64,000 bases of DNA, from the IMG/VR virus record IMGVR_UViG_3300006990_000014. One strand, given 5' to 3'. The DNA is from a virus. Below, in pieces: positions 35,723-46,411 of this stretch (positions are counted from its first letter, which is position 1; every line of letters starts with the position of its first letter). The notes beneath the pieces were generated by a model. The model ran no database searches and was not told the origin of the DNA. It worked only from the letters and a program-made list of their open reading frames with translations. Made by a program: the position numbers and the translations under genes.

Positions 35723-36379
35723 ATGGCGCGTTTATTTATAGGACAAAAAGAAGTTGATTTTTTTGCTGATATTACCAAAGAGCTTATTAAAGACGTAGCA
35801 GGGCAAAAAATATATTACTATACAATTAGAGAAGATTTGAGTGACATACATGACGTTTACGAAGAGTCTGTCTATAAAATATTTAATCCTCCTGTTGAAA
35901 TAGAATGTCTTGTGGAATGGCAACCGTCTGAAGTTAAGACTACACAGTTTGGACATGAACAAATAAAAACAATTACAGTTTACATACATGATAGAGATAT
36001 TATCGACAGAAATCTTAACATTAGACAAGGTGACTATTTATCTTATGGTGAATTTTTCTTTGAAATAACATCACTCATATACGATAAGCTAGTTTACGGT
36101 CAAATTGAACGCGTTGCATCAATAAAACTTACAGCTAAGCAGGCACGTGCTGAACATATATTCAAGAATGCAATTGGACCTACATATGAAGGTTACACAG
36201 AAAAAGATGCAATTCAGACTACATTTAAACAGCAAAGAGGAACAACAGAAACTGATAAACGCCAGCTAAGAGAAGACGGTGTTTTAGAAGAACCAATTAG
36301 CGGTCCTAAAAAAGTAGCACCTGACGGCACTACAAAGAGTATTAATGGAATCGGGTCTTCTTTTTACGGAGATGAATAA
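35723..36379 (+). CDS. gp14: Neck protein 2 / head closure (T4 gp14-like)
   Basis: ELIKDVAGQKIYYY, DVYEE, IRQGDYLSYGEFFFEITS; position after gp13. Confidence 0.65.
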   Translation: MARLFIGQKEVDFFADITKELIKDVAGQKIYYYTIREDLSDIHDVYEESVYKIFNPPVEIECLVEWQPSEVKTTQFGHEQIKTITVYIHDRDIIDRNLNIRQGDYLSYGEFFFEITSLIYDKLVYGQIERVASIKLTAKQARAEHIFKNAIGPTYEGYTEKDAIQTTFKQQRGTTETDKRQLREDGVLEEPISGPKKVAPDGTTKSINGIGSSFYGDE

Positions 36380-37605
36380 TGGCAACAAGATTTGATAGCA
36401 ATACAGAACAAGATAACAAAGTAATATCAGGCTATGAAGACGAAAAGTCATATGACTATGTTATCCCGTCATGTGGTTTAGAAGATCTTGACTTCGCTGT
36501 CTTTTCTTTATTCGATAAACAAATACCTCTTTACTACGATCTTGAGGGAGAAACAAAAAAAGTCCCAGTTGTTTTTGCAACCGGTGAGAGATTTGCGCTC
36601 TTAAGAAGAAAAATGCCTATTACTGATAAAAGAGGCGCATTAATTCTTCCGCTTATTTCTATTTCAAGAGGTGCAATTGAAAATAATCCTTCGAAAGGAA
36701 TTGCAAATAATCAAATGTTTCCTGAAGTTGTTGCACGAAGAGTTGCTAGCAATAATGCCGCATGGCGACAGCTAAATAACTTTGAAGGCATTCAAAATCT
36801 TTCTTATACATCTAAAGAAAGCGATCTAAAAAATCCAAACTTTAGTTTAAAACCTGATCTTGAAAATAATATCTATGAAACCATAGAAATACCACCTGTA
36901 AAATACTTTGGTACGACATACGAGATTACTGTGTGGTCATCTTTTACGCAACAAATGAACAAACTATTGGAAACGATAATGAGCGCTTACACGCTTAATC
37001 CTGGTCAACAATTTAGAGTTGAAAGCCAGAAAGGATATTGGTTTCCTGCTTTTGTTGAAAGTTCTTTTTCGCAAGATACAAACTACGCAGATTATACAGA
37101 CGCGCACAGGTACATCAAATACTCGATGACAATATCTACAACAGGTTACATTCTTGCTCCTAATATACGAGGCGGAAAAGTAGGAATTAAGTCTCTTATA
37201 AGTGCACCAAAGTTTTCTTTTGAAGTTTTACAAAGTGCTAAAGATATTGATCCAAAAATCAAAGGAATTCCTGCAAATACTGCAGACGCTCGAATGTTGC
37301 TTGAAGACGTAAATAGTAATGACGGTTTTATTTCACAAATTACAGGTGTAACTGATATTGATAATTTACAAAATCTTTTAGAATATGACAAATCACATGC
37401 TTTTGTTGCAGAACCCGGCAATTTGCAAAAATATGATGCTGTTGCAGAAAAATATACAAACGAAAGAAAGCACACAAAAGTAAACGTAAAAGATCAAGAT
37501 GGAAATATCGTTAAAGTAAGAGCAGTTCAAAATACTTCAGGTGAAACAGTCTATGACGAAAAATATGCTGAATTAATTTTTAATATATCAAATAATGATA
37601 ATTAG
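36379..37605 (+). CDS. gp15: Tail terminator / sheath stabiliser (T4 gp15-like)
   Basis: VPVVFATGERF, LILPLISISR, TYEITVWSSFTQQMNKLLE; position before sheath. Confidence 0.6.
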   Translation: MATRFDSNTEQDNKVISGYEDEKSYDYVIPSCGLEDLDFAVFSLFDKQIPLYYDLEGETKKVPVVFATGERFALLRRKMPITDKRGALILPLISISRGAIENNPSKGIANNQMFPEVVARRVASNNAAWRQLNNFEGIQNLSYTSKESDLKNPNFSLKPDLENNIYETIEIPPVKYFGTTYEITVWSSFTQQMNKLLETIMSAYTLNPGQQFRVESQKGYWFPAFVESSFSQDTNYADYTDAHRYIKYSMTISTTGYILAPNIRGGKVGIKSLISAPKFSFEVLQSAKDIDPKIKGIPANTADARMLLEDVNSNDGFISQITGVTDIDNLQNLLEYDKSHAFVAEPGNLQKYDAVAEKYTNERKHTKVNVKDQDGNIVKVRAVQNTSGETVYDEKYAELIFNISNNDN

Positions 37606-37660
37606 TAAAATTGATGTATATTTATAATGTCAAATAATAATACTAAATAGGAGAAATAGC

Positions 37661-40600
37661 ATGGCAGAGCAGACATTTAAGTCTCCAGGCTTTTTTGAAC
37701 GAGAAATTGAGATAATAAGCAGACCAATAAGCAGAACAAAAGCGACGCCTGTTGGAGTTATATCAACGTCAAAAAGAGGTCCTGCATTCGTACCCACTAC
37801 AGTTACATCTAGAGAAGAATATATTAGAATTTTTGGTGAACCTGACCCAAATAGACTCGGCGGTCATGCAGCAGCAGAATATTTTAGAAATAGCACAACT
37901 AACTCTGCACTAACTTTCTGCAGAGTTTTAGGCAGCGGACTCAAAAGCCAAGAAAACGCTGGATTTAAATTTACACCGAGAACTGATGCTGTTGGTGGCG
38001 GTACAGCCGGAAGGCTAATTGGTGCTTCTTATTTTCTTGCATCTACACACACGGTTAGCGCTGGAGAATGGCTTGGTTTAGGATCTATAAACGATAACGA
38101 CTCTTTTACTACAAATATGGACGATGATGGTGGCCCAAATGCTCCAAATGGTAACGATAATCTTGTCAATATAGTTAGAGCAATGATTATTACTCACAAA
38201 GACTACTCTATCATTCCTTTGCAAGAAGCTAGCGGATCTTTTACCGAGCAAATAAACAGCTATCATGTCAATCAAAATAAACTTTTTTACATTAGATTTA
38301 AAGATGATGCAGGCCAAGCGGGAGATAGTTTAGACTACGTTTTTTCTTTAGATCCAGGTAGCGACAAGTATATATCAAAGGTTCTTAATACAGATCCTTT
38401 TGCTTTAGAAAGTAAAAAGCATTTTCTCTACGCACATTTCCCTATTGATTCAGAAGTTGCAGAACCTGCTGCAAACTCGCCATATTCTCTTTTACAAGAA
38501 AAAACAGATGGCTTTGCAGGCGCTTTTGAAAACTTTGAGTCAAGATTTAAATCAGCAACTTCACCAATGTTTATTTCGCAACCTTTTGGTTCACGTGAAT
38601 ATGACTTGTTTCATTTCGATTCTTTGGACGACGGTGCTTACGCAAACGACAAATATAAAATATCTATATCTAACTTAAGAGCAAGCACAGATCCAACTGA
38701 TGAGTATGGAACGTTTACAGTTACAGTTAGAGATTTAAAAGATACAGATGAATCACCTATTATTTACGAAACATTCAACCAGTGTTCTTTAGATCCTAAT
38801 TCTAGCAACTTTATAAGCAGAGTAATTGGTGATCAAAAGGTATACTTTAACTTTGATGCTGCAAGCGAAAACGAAAGAAGACTTGTAAGAGAAGGTACGT
38901 TTAAGAACAATTCACAGAAAGTAAGAGTTGTTGTTAGCGATGCAATTATGCAAGGCGAAGTTCCAGCAAAAACACTTCCTTTTGGGTTTAGAGGCATTGA
39001 CGCTTTGCACTTTAATGCGACAGCAAAAGACTCAGACACCAATTACAGTCTTTTTGCAGTAGACTCGGGCGCCGGTGATGCTAAAGTTAACGAACTTTTA
39101 GATTCTATTTTGCCTCCTCTGCCTTATAGATTTAAAGTAACAAACGGTGACATTAGAACAAATCAATCTTACGAACAAACTTTCTTAGGTGATGCATCTC
39201 CGTCTGAAAGTGTTAACTTTGCTCTACACTGGGGTCTTATGTCTACACGCGTTTTAGACATTAATAATGCAAATAAAAGCACAGAGTTTAACGAGCTTCT
39301 TTCAAACTATACAAAGTTTTTTGGTGTAGATCAAACAGTGATTACTTCTGGCTCACTATCAGACAGTCATAATAACAATAAGTTTTCTTTGGCAAAGGTT
39401 GCTCTTAAAGGTGCTACTGTTAACGGAGTAACTGGGACAACAAACGATGTTTTTAAAAGCGCAGTTTACGTAAGAAATGCAGAAGTTTCTAATTCTGACG
39501 TTTATGACGCTTCAGCACATTTAATTAAAATGGGTGGAACTAATGACGATATTGATGCAGCTGACAGAGTTTCTTTAGCAAAGCTTTTAGCAGAAGACAC
39601 TTTAAAGTTTAACAAATATTCAGTTATGGCAAAGTTTACTGCACCGATGGGTGGTGGTTTTGATGGGTTAAACATCTTTGATAGAGACTCTTACTTTATG
39701 ACAGACAGAGCAGCTTCAGTTCATACCTCAACCACACCAAAAGGTAAAGGCGCTATTGAAGGATTTGAAAGTGGAATACATGGAACTTTAAAGGCTGACG
39801 TTGGTTCTGTTATGCAAGGTAGTGAAGACCTAAACAATGTTATTGCTTCTTATAAAAACGCGATCAGAATAATGACAGATGATCTCGTTGTTAATCATAA
39901 TGTCTTGGCTATACCAAATATTCGCGATAGATTTGTAACAGATCTCGTTAAGGATAGAATTGAAGAAGAGTATGGTAAAGCAATTTACTTAATGGACTTA
40001 GAGCAGTATGACAAAGATAGTAAAAGAGTTTTTGTTGATGCAAGAGGCACTGAGAGTTCAAAGCCTGACGTTGTGCTTACAGCTGGTGATTTTGATACTC
40101 GTGAAGTGGATTCATCTTATGTAGCATCTTACTTTCCGGACGTAAAAGTTTTGGATAGCGGTGACTCTGACGAAGCTGCTGTTAATTCTAGAAGATCTGT
40201 GTTGGTGCCTTCATCGATTGTTGCACTTGGTGCATTAGCTTTGACTGATTCCATTTCGCAGCCTTGGTTTGCTCCAGCAGGATTTTCAAGAGGTGCATTA
40301 GAATCTATTTCTTCAATTTCAGTTAGACTTAACGCTGAAGATAGAGATACATTGTATGAGTCTAGAATTAATCCAATTGCAAACTTCCCAAATAAACAAT
40401 TTGTTATATTTGGACAGAAGACAACACAGCTAAAGAGAACTGCACTTGATAGAGTTAACGTAAGAAGACTTGTTTTAGAGATTAAGAGAAGAATAGAGTT
40501 AATTGCGCAAGGTTTACTATTTGAGCAAAACAACTCAAAGACTAGAAATAGATTTATTTCTTCTGCTAGCAGTCAACTTGCAAATATTCAGATTAATCAA

Positions 40601-40762
40601 GGTATCGAAGACTTTAGAGTTATTATGGACGATACAAACAATACAGCACAGGACGTAGATAATAATAGACTTAACGGACAAATTGTTATTGTGCCTACAA
40701 GAGCTATTGAATTTATTGCAATTGATTTTGTAATTACTAACTCAGGTGTTGAATTTCCGTAA
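37661..40762 (+). CDS. gp18: Tail sheath protein 1 (T4 gp18-like)
   Basis: SPGFFEREI, RGPAFVP, PWFAPAGFSRG, INPIANFP, IFGQKTTQ, ALDRVNVRRL, PTRAIEFIAIDF. Confidence 0.92.
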   Translation: MAEQTFKSPGFFEREIEIISRPISRTKATPVGVISTSKRGPAFVPTTVTSREEYIRIFGEPDPNRLGGHAAAEYFRNSTTNSALTFCRVLGSGLKSQENAGFKFTPRTDAVGGGTAGRLIGASYFLASTHTVSAGEWLGLGSINDNDSFTTNMDDDGGPNAPNGNDNLVNIVRAMIITHKDYSIIPLQEASGSFTEQINSYHVNQNKLFYIRFKDDAGQAGDSLDYVFSLDPGSDKYISKVLNTDPFALESKKHFLYAHFPIDSEVAEPAANSPYSLLQEKTDGFAGAFENFESRFKSATSPMFISQPFGSREYDLFHFDSLDDGAYANDKYKISISNLRASTDPTDEYGTFTVTVRDLKDTDESPIIYETFNQCSLDPNSSNFISRVIGDQKVYFNFDAASENERRLVREGTFKNNSQKVRVVVSDAIMQGEVPAKTLPFGFRGIDALHFNATAKDSDTNYSLFAVDSGAGDAKVNELLDSILPPLPYRFKVTNGDIRTNQSYEQTFLGDASPSESVNFALHWGLMSTRVLDINNANKSTEFNELLSNYTKFFGVDQTVITSGSLSDSHNNNKFSLAKVALKGATVNGVTGTTNDVFKSAVYVRNAEVSNSDVYDASAHLIKMGGTNDDIDAADRVSLAKLLAEDTLKFNKYSVMAKFTAPMGGGFDGLNIFDRDSYFMTDRAASVHTSTTPKGKGAIEGFESGIHGTLKADVGSVMQGSEDLNNVIASYKNAIRIMTDDLVVNHNVLAIPNIRDRFVTDLVKDRIEEEYGKAIYLMDLEQYDKDSKRVFVDARGTESSKPDVVLTAGDFDTREVDSSYVASYFPDVKVLDSGDSDEAAVNSRRSVLVPSSIVALGALALTDSISQPWFAPAGFSRGALESISSISVRLNAEDRDTLYESRINPIANFPNKQFVIFGQKTTQLKRTALDRVNVRRLVLEIKRRIELIAQGLLFEQNNSKTRNRFISSASSQLANIQINQGIEDFRVIMDDTNNTAQDVDNNRLNGQIVIVPTRAIEFIAIDFVITNSGVEFP

Positions 40763-40801
40763 TATATAGTTTTATAGATTTAAAAATAGGAGACTAACAA
40801 T

Positions 40802-43800
40802 ATGTCTAATAGACAAGGCTCAGCAAGAGTTACACTTAATGAAATAGATAGATCAGACGTAAGTAGCTTAGAACAACTACCTGTTGGCGTTCCTGCAGCT
40901 GTTGTTGGGCCTTCACGTCGTGGACCGGCTTTTGTGCCTAAAACATTTGCGACAATGGAACAATTTAATAAATGTTTTGGCTCAATGCAAGAAGTTCACA
41001 AAGATAGCAACTCAAATAAGTTTGGACCTCTAGCACTTAACGAATGGATGCGCCAAGCACAAGCAGGTACTTATCTCAGAGTTTTAGGTGTAGGTGATGA
41101 CGCAGGTTTTGTTGTAGGTAATCAAGTATCATATGATGGTGACGATAAACTACAAGATAATCCACATGCCGCTAAAGAATCCGGAGAAGGCTTAATTGAT
41201 GGAGACACATATTTCCTAGGCTGCTTCATGAAAGATACAAACGAAAGCACATACTTAAAAGATTCAGGCGTCACAACAGAATCGACATCTGGTGTTTTGA
41301 CATATTCACTTAAAAACGGTGCACTTCCTACTATTGACGATACGTTTAAAATTAAACATAAAGATGATGTAGGTGTTGACGTTGAATCAACAATAACATT
41401 TGTTGCTTCTGCTGGAAACGCTAGCCAGTCAACAAAAGGAACAAAATCTGTTGAAAGTGTACGTAACTTAAGTCAAAAAATTGATGCACTTACCGACCTT
41501 ACAGCAACTTTTATTCCAACAAGATTTAGCGATGGAGAGATAGCAAAAGCAGACGCAATTCCTTTAAATGATGGTGGCGGTGATATCGCAGGCATTTTTG
41601 TTGGCGCTACATATAAAATTGTAAATATTAATGCAGGCGACATTGGCTTTTTTGCAAACATCAGCACTTTAGGCGCAGCAGAAGCCGCTGTGGGTGGCGA
41701 GTTTGTTCTTACAAGCACTGCCAACCAAGGCTTCAATGCACTCACAACTGTTAAGCTTGTAGAAGACTTAGATCAAGCTTCTTTAGAGATACGATCAATC
41801 CACTCAACACAGTTTCCTTCTTCTAATAGTTTTACAGTTGATTATAACATAACAAATTCAACTTCAGGAGGCTCAGAATCAGACATAACAGTTCAAGATG
41901 GAATAGCTTCTTCTGAAAGAGACTTTTTCTGGGGCTTAGATAACGCTGTTGCTGCTGAGTTTACAATTAGTTCTAGAGATGGTGTGAGCAAACCAAAAGA
42001 TGATACTTCGATAAAGTTTTTTGGGTTAAAAAATGAAGGTGATGGAACTTTTACAATTGACGGGAATCATGTAACTTATGAATTTGATGATACAGCAATT
42101 GCTGCAGACGTTGCAGGTGCTGACGATGTTGCAAATCGATATGAAGTTACAAGTGCAAATGCTGTTACAATATACAGCGGTGGAACTATAAAAGAAACAT
42201 TATTAAATCTTAAGTCTGCTATCGATAGAACATCAATAGATGATCATACTTTAGTGCATAGAGGATTATTTGAAACTACGATTTCTCCTAATGGATTAAG
42301 TTTAAGAATTGTAAGTGTCTATAAAGGCAACGCAGGCATTAAAAGGACAAACAACACTGGAAATATTGTGCTTAAAGGTGCTGTTGGTGAAAATAGTCTT
42401 ATTATAGAATGTGCATCAGATGCCGATACTAACTTAACGAATGGAACACAGCAAACTACTGAAGATTTTAATTTAGTATCTACACAAGGTGAAGAAGACA
42501 AAGTAAAGTTTATGAAAAATGGTAGAGACGCTGATCCTGTATCATTTGATTTATCACTATCAGGTCAACCTAATAACAATGATGTCTTAGAACTTCAAAC
42601 AGTTAATAATGCAGAGACTGATCAAATAGATAAAGAAAAAATCAAGTTTACTACAAGTAGTGCTGTGACAAATGCTTCGGTAAATACTACAGACAGTACT
42701 AAGGCAACAGCAAGCTTTAAGTTTAAAGGTAACGTTAGTGTTGATGGCAAAAACATAACAGCACTTACAGATCTAGAAGGTACAACTATTAACGTTGCTT
42801 TCGGCATAGCTGATGCAAATGTATCTTTTGATGTACCTTCATCAACTTTGACTATTGGTTTTGATGTTGCTAATGATTCAGATGCTAATCGAGCTACACG
42901 ACTAATTGCAGGATTTAATGATTTATCTAATCCATTAAAAATAACTGCTATTGCTGACCCCGGCAATGACCTTGATAAAGTTATATTCGAGCAAGACTTG
43001 ACAGGTGAGTATGGATCAGAAGTTGCAGATTTTGCTACTGACGCTGGCGTCAATGCGGAAATTACACAGTTTAGTGATAACAATGGATTAAGAGTTACAA
43101 ACTGTAAGATTGGCTCTGATATATTAGAGACGCTTTATAATCTTAAAAATTGTTTAATTTCCACATCAGTTCAAAACTTAAAAGATAACTTGGTATTGTT
43201 TGAAAGTGATAATGTCACACCGCTAGACATAGTATCAGATAGCGGCACCATTTCTTTACAACAAGCCTCAACTGAAAAAGGAGTAAGAGCTAAGTTAAAG
43301 AATAAGTTATCTGCGACAAGCACAGTGACTATTTCTAATAGTGAAGGTGAAGTTGTAGTTGGTAACTTTGGTAAAAAGCAAGAAAACTTTGTAGGCGGTG
43401 GCGGTGCAGCAGCTCCTTTAGTTAGAGGTGTCTTGATGGTGCCACAAGGCGTTGTTCCTGCTTTAGCAAACACGACATTTAATCAAGCAGATACTGATTC
43501 TCGCCTTAATGTTGCGGTTACAAGTAGCGGTGCGCTTAAAAACTTTGCTTCTCCAGACGTAGGAGACGATACAAAGTTAATTGGTTATGAGCTAGGAGAA
43601 ATAGCAGATGATACTCAAGCATTTAGTTTATTGTTAAATGGTTTTAACAATTCATCTGAATTAAATACTTTGTCTTGTTCTTTTGATCCAGAGAGCCCAA
43701 ATTACTTTGCAAAGGTTTTAAACACAGATCCTACAAAGATTGAAAAGTTAGGCCATTATCTATATCTAAATTGGGATATTGACAAAGCTTGTGCCGTTCC

Positions 43801-45808
43801 AAGTAATGATGGTGTTACAGCACCAAGTGGAGCTGCAATAGATGTTAATTACGCTTTCTGTAGTAAGGCTAGTGAAAACTATAGAACTTTTAGAGAATCA
43901 TTTAAGACTGCACAGTCACCTTGGGTTATTTCGCAAACTGATCAGGATTTATTTAAGGTATATGCACTTGACGATGGTGAAGTAGCAAATAGTAGATTTA
44001 GAGTTCAAATATCTGACTTAAAGCTTGGCAACTCTGCAAGTGATTATGCGACATTTACATTAGCACTAGAGAGATTTGACAGCGATCCTATTTCAGGCGA
44101 AGTAATTGCATCTTGGAGAAACCTTACTTTAGACCCTGATAGCAGAAATTATATTGCTAGAGTAATAGGTGATAAACACATTTATTATAACTTTGATGCA
44201 GCAGAATCCCGACAAAGACTTGTTGAAGAAGGAACTTACGATGTAACTAATGATTATATTAGAGTTGAGATGGATCCGTCTGTTGATGCTGGAGACATTA
44301 CATTTGTAACAATGCCCTGCGGATTTAGAGGACTTAGCTATGCACCACTTGCAATAGTAGAAAGTGGAACAGATGGAGATGGCGCAGGCAAGGTCGTGTC
44401 AGATGCTTCTTATGATAGACATCAAGTTTTACCGGTTCCTTATGTTAAATCAATAGCTAAGAAATCAGGTTCTTCTAAAGTTGCTGATGCAAAGCTTTCT
44501 TGGGGTGTTAAGTTTGCTAAAAAGACTAAGCGCGACGACGAGCCTAACGAGTTAACTGAAATAAGAACAAATACTAGTATGCCATCTTGGACAAAATTCT
44601 TGCCAAATTTAGTATCAGACTCTACAGCAGATACTCATCAAAACAGTAAGTTTAGCTTAAATAACATCTATCTAAATTTAGATTCTGATGGAGAGCTTGA
44701 CTGGTCAACTGCTGAGTATCGACGTGATGGTGAAGCAGGTTCTTTAACAACTCAATTAAATGTTGGAACACATGCTGTAGGTAAAAACTCTAGATATCTT
44801 AAGTTTAGATTTATGATGCAAGGCGGATTTGATGGATTAGATATCTTTAATGAAGAAAAATCTAAGATGAGTTCAGTAGCAGCATTTAGAGAAGCTAATG
44901 ATGAAACTGATAATGCCAAATTTACCGGTGTAACAGTGGATTCATATAAGAAAGCAATTGACGTATTAAGTGACAAGAGTGCAACTGAGTTCCAGCTTTT
45001 GGCAGTTCCAGGAATGCGTGAGCCTTTAATTACAGATTACGCAATTACAGCTTGCGAAAGCAGATTTGACGCGATGTTGTTGGTTGACATTGAAGAAGTA
45101 GCTGAGGGTAATACTTTGCCTACAACTGATGAATCATTACCTAATGTAGCGAATACAATTAATAGATTTAGAAACAGAAGTTTGGATACGTCATTTGCAG
45201 CAGCTTACTTCCCTAATGTAATTATTAGAAGACCTTCAAATGGAACGCCTGTTGAGGTTCCACCATCTGTAAGTATGTTAGGTGTTATGAGTCAAAACGA
45301 CTTCCTTGCAGACCCTTGGTTTGCTCCTGCAGGTCTTAGTAGAGGAAAGCTTAATGCTCTTAACTCAAAGGTGCAGATGAATCGCGACGTTCTGGATGAT
45401 CTTTATGATGAAGATATAAATCCAATATACGAACCATCAGGTCGTCCTGGCGAAGTTTATGCGTTTGGACAAAAGACATTGTTACAGAATCAATCTGCGT
45501 TAGATCGAATTAACGTTAGAAGGTTATTGATCAATGTTAGAAGAAGAGTTAAAGCAGTTGCAAACACGTTACTCTTTGAGCCTAATAGAGCATCTACTCT
45601 AGCTAAGTTTAGTGCGCTTGTTGAGCCAATTATGGCAGAAATTCAAGCAAGACAGGGTGTTGATAGATATAAAGTACAAATTGATACTTCTACAACAACA
45701 CAAAACGATGTTGAAAACAATACAATAAGAGGTAAGGTATACTTACAGCCTACTAAGTCTGTAGAGTTTATTTCACTTGACTTTGTTGTAACTAACTCAA
45801 TTGATTGA
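40802..45808 (+). CDS. gp18: Tail sheath protein 2 with about 700-aa insertion
   Basis: RGPAFVP, YLRVLGVG, PWFAPAGLSRG, INPIYEP, AFGQKTLL, ALDRINVRRLL, PTKSVEFISLDF. Confidence 0.9.
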   Translation: MSNRQGSARVTLNEIDRSDVSSLEQLPVGVPAAVVGPSRRGPAFVPKTFATMEQFNKCFGSMQEVHKDSNSNKFGPLALNEWMRQAQAGTYLRVLGVGDDAGFVVGNQVSYDGDDKLQDNPHAAKESGEGLIDGDTYFLGCFMKDTNESTYLKDSGVTTESTSGVLTYSLKNGALPTIDDTFKIKHKDDVGVDVESTITFVASAGNASQSTKGTKSVESVRNLSQKIDALTDLTATFIPTRFSDGEIAKADAIPLNDGGGDIAGIFVGATYKIVNINAGDIGFFANISTLGAAEAAVGGEFVLTSTANQGFNALTTVKLVEDLDQASLEIRSIHSTQFPSSNSFTVDYNITNSTSGGSESDITVQDGIASSERDFFWGLDNAVAAEFTISSRDGVSKPKDDTSIKFFGLKNEGDGTFTIDGNHVTYEFDDTAIAADVAGADDVANRYEVTSANAVTIYSGGTIKETLLNLKSAIDRTSIDDHTLVHRGLFETTISPNGLSLRIVSVYKGNAGIKRTNNTGNIVLKGAVGENSLIIECASDADTNLTNGTQQTTEDFNLVSTQGEEDKVKFMKNGRDADPVSFDLSLSGQPNNNDVLELQTVNNAETDQIDKEKIKFTTSSAVTNASVNTTDSTKATASFKFKGNVSVDGKNITALTDLEGTTINVAFGIADANVSFDVPSSTLTIGFDVANDSDANRATRLIAGFNDLSNPLKITAIADPGNDLDKVIFEQDLTGEYGSEVADFATDAGVNAEITQFSDNNGLRVTNCKIGSDILETLYNLKNCLISTSVQNLKDNLVLFESDNVTPLDIVSDSGTISLQQASTEKGVRAKLKNKLSATSTVTISNSEGEVVVGNFGKKQENFVGGGGAAAPLVRGVLMVPQGVVPALANTTFNQADTDSRLNVAVTSSGALKNFASPDVGDDTKLIGYELGEIADDTQAFSLLLNGFNNSSELNTLSCSFDPESPNYFAKVLNTDPTKIEKLGHYLYLNWDIDKACAVPSNDGVTAPSGAAIDVNYAFCSKASENYRTFRESFKTAQSPWVISQTDQDLFKVYALDDGEVANSRFRVQISDLKLGNSASDYATFTLALERFDSDPISGEVIASWRNLTLDPDSRNYIARVIGDKHIYYNFDAAESRQRLVEEGTYDVTNDYIRVEMDPSVDAGDITFVTMPCGFRGLSYAPLAIVESGTDGDGAGKVVSDASYDRHQVLPVPYVKSIAKKSGSSKVADAKLSWGVKFAKKTKRDDEPNELTEIRTNTSMPSWTKFLPNLVSDSTADTHQNSKFSLNNIYLNLDSDGELDWSTAEYRRDGEAGSLTTQLNVGTHAVGKNSRYLKFRFMMQGGFDGLDIFNEEKSKMSSVAAFREANDETDNAKFTGVTVDSYKKAIDVLSDKSATEFQLLAVPGMREPLITDYAITACESRFDAMLLVDIEEVAEGNTLPTTDESLPNVANTINRFRNRSLDTSFAAAYFPNVIIRRPSNGTPVEVPPSVSMLGVMSQNDFLADPWFAPAGLSRGKLNALNSKVQMNRDVLDDLYDEDINPIYEPSGRPGEVYAFGQKTLLQNQSALDRINVRRLLINVRRRVKAVANTLLFEPNRASTLAKFSALVEPIMAEIQARQGVDRYKVQIDTSTTTQNDVENNTIRGKVYLQPTKSVEFISLDFVVTNSID

Positions 45809-45810
45809 TA

Positions 45811-45818
45811 TATAAATA
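45811..45818 (+). promoter_or_regulatory. Candidate late promoter TATAAATA upstream of tail tube gene
   Basis: Exact T4 late consensus in a short intergenic gap before the AGGAG SD. Confidence 0.4.
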
Positions 45819-45844
45819 CATAAGAATTATTAGGAGAAAATAAA

Positions 45845-46333
45845 ATGCCAGAGACACTTTCAGTCACGGAAATGATTCCAAATAAGTTTGAGCCAAAAAG
45901 AAAGAATCGATGGATCTTGGCAATCGAAGGCATCGACGCTTTTCTTATTAAATCAGCTGCAAGACCTACATTCCAAATAGGCGAAACTGAAATCAACTTT
46001 ATTAATGCGAAAAGATACATCGCAGGTAAGATGACTTTTGATTCACTTTCTGTTACTATTCATGATCCTATTGCACCAAGCGGAGCTCAGCAAGTAATGG
46101 AATGGATTAGAACACACTACGAATCAGTTAGTGGTCGTGCAGGATATGCAGACTTTTATAAGCGCGATATTCAGCTTAAGATGCTTGACCCAGTTGGGAC
46201 TGTTGTAGAGCTTTGGGACATCAAAGGCGCATTTTTAACAAGTGCTGCTTACGGTGACCTTAGTTACGACGGTGACGATCCAACAGATATTTCTTTAAGC
46301 ATCAGGTTCGATAACTGCGTTCTACAATATTAA
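45845..46333 (+). CDS. gp19: Tail tube protein (T4 gp19-like)
   Basis: FEPKRKNRW, IAGKMTFDSLSVTIHDP, VMEWIR, YKRDIQLKMLDPVG, WDIKGAF, LSIRFD. Confidence 0.92.
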   Translation: MPETLSVTEMIPNKFEPKRKNRWILAIEGIDAFLIKSAARPTFQIGETEINFINAKRYIAGKMTFDSLSVTIHDPIAPSGAQQVMEWIRTHYESVSGRAGYADFYKRDIQLKMLDPVGTVVELWDIKGAFLTSAAYGDLSYDGDDPTDISLSIRFDNCVLQY

Positions 46334-46355
46334 TTAATTGATTCTGTCAACTTAC

Positions 46356-46405
46356 TTTTTGCATAAATAGTTATAAGCACAAAAAAAAAACTATTTATGC
46401 AGGAG
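46356..46405 (+). promoter_or_regulatory. Inverted repeat / hairpin occluding the SD of sheath 3
   Basis: TGCATAAATAGTT (46360-46372) is the exact reverse complement of AACTATTTATGCA (46389-46401); U-G/U-A pairs extend the stem over AGGAG (46401-46405). Confidence 0.65.
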
Positions 46406-46411
46406 ACTTGA

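Noticed and set aside
41473-46020. Several 60-153 aa minus-strand ORFs within sheath 2 and tube genes
   Set aside because: Antisense shadows of strongly conserved structural genes
46381-46390. Poly-A run as a phase-variation tract
   Set aside because: Intergenic and mostly in a hairpin loop, so slippage would not change a reading frame; could also be a homopolymer artefact
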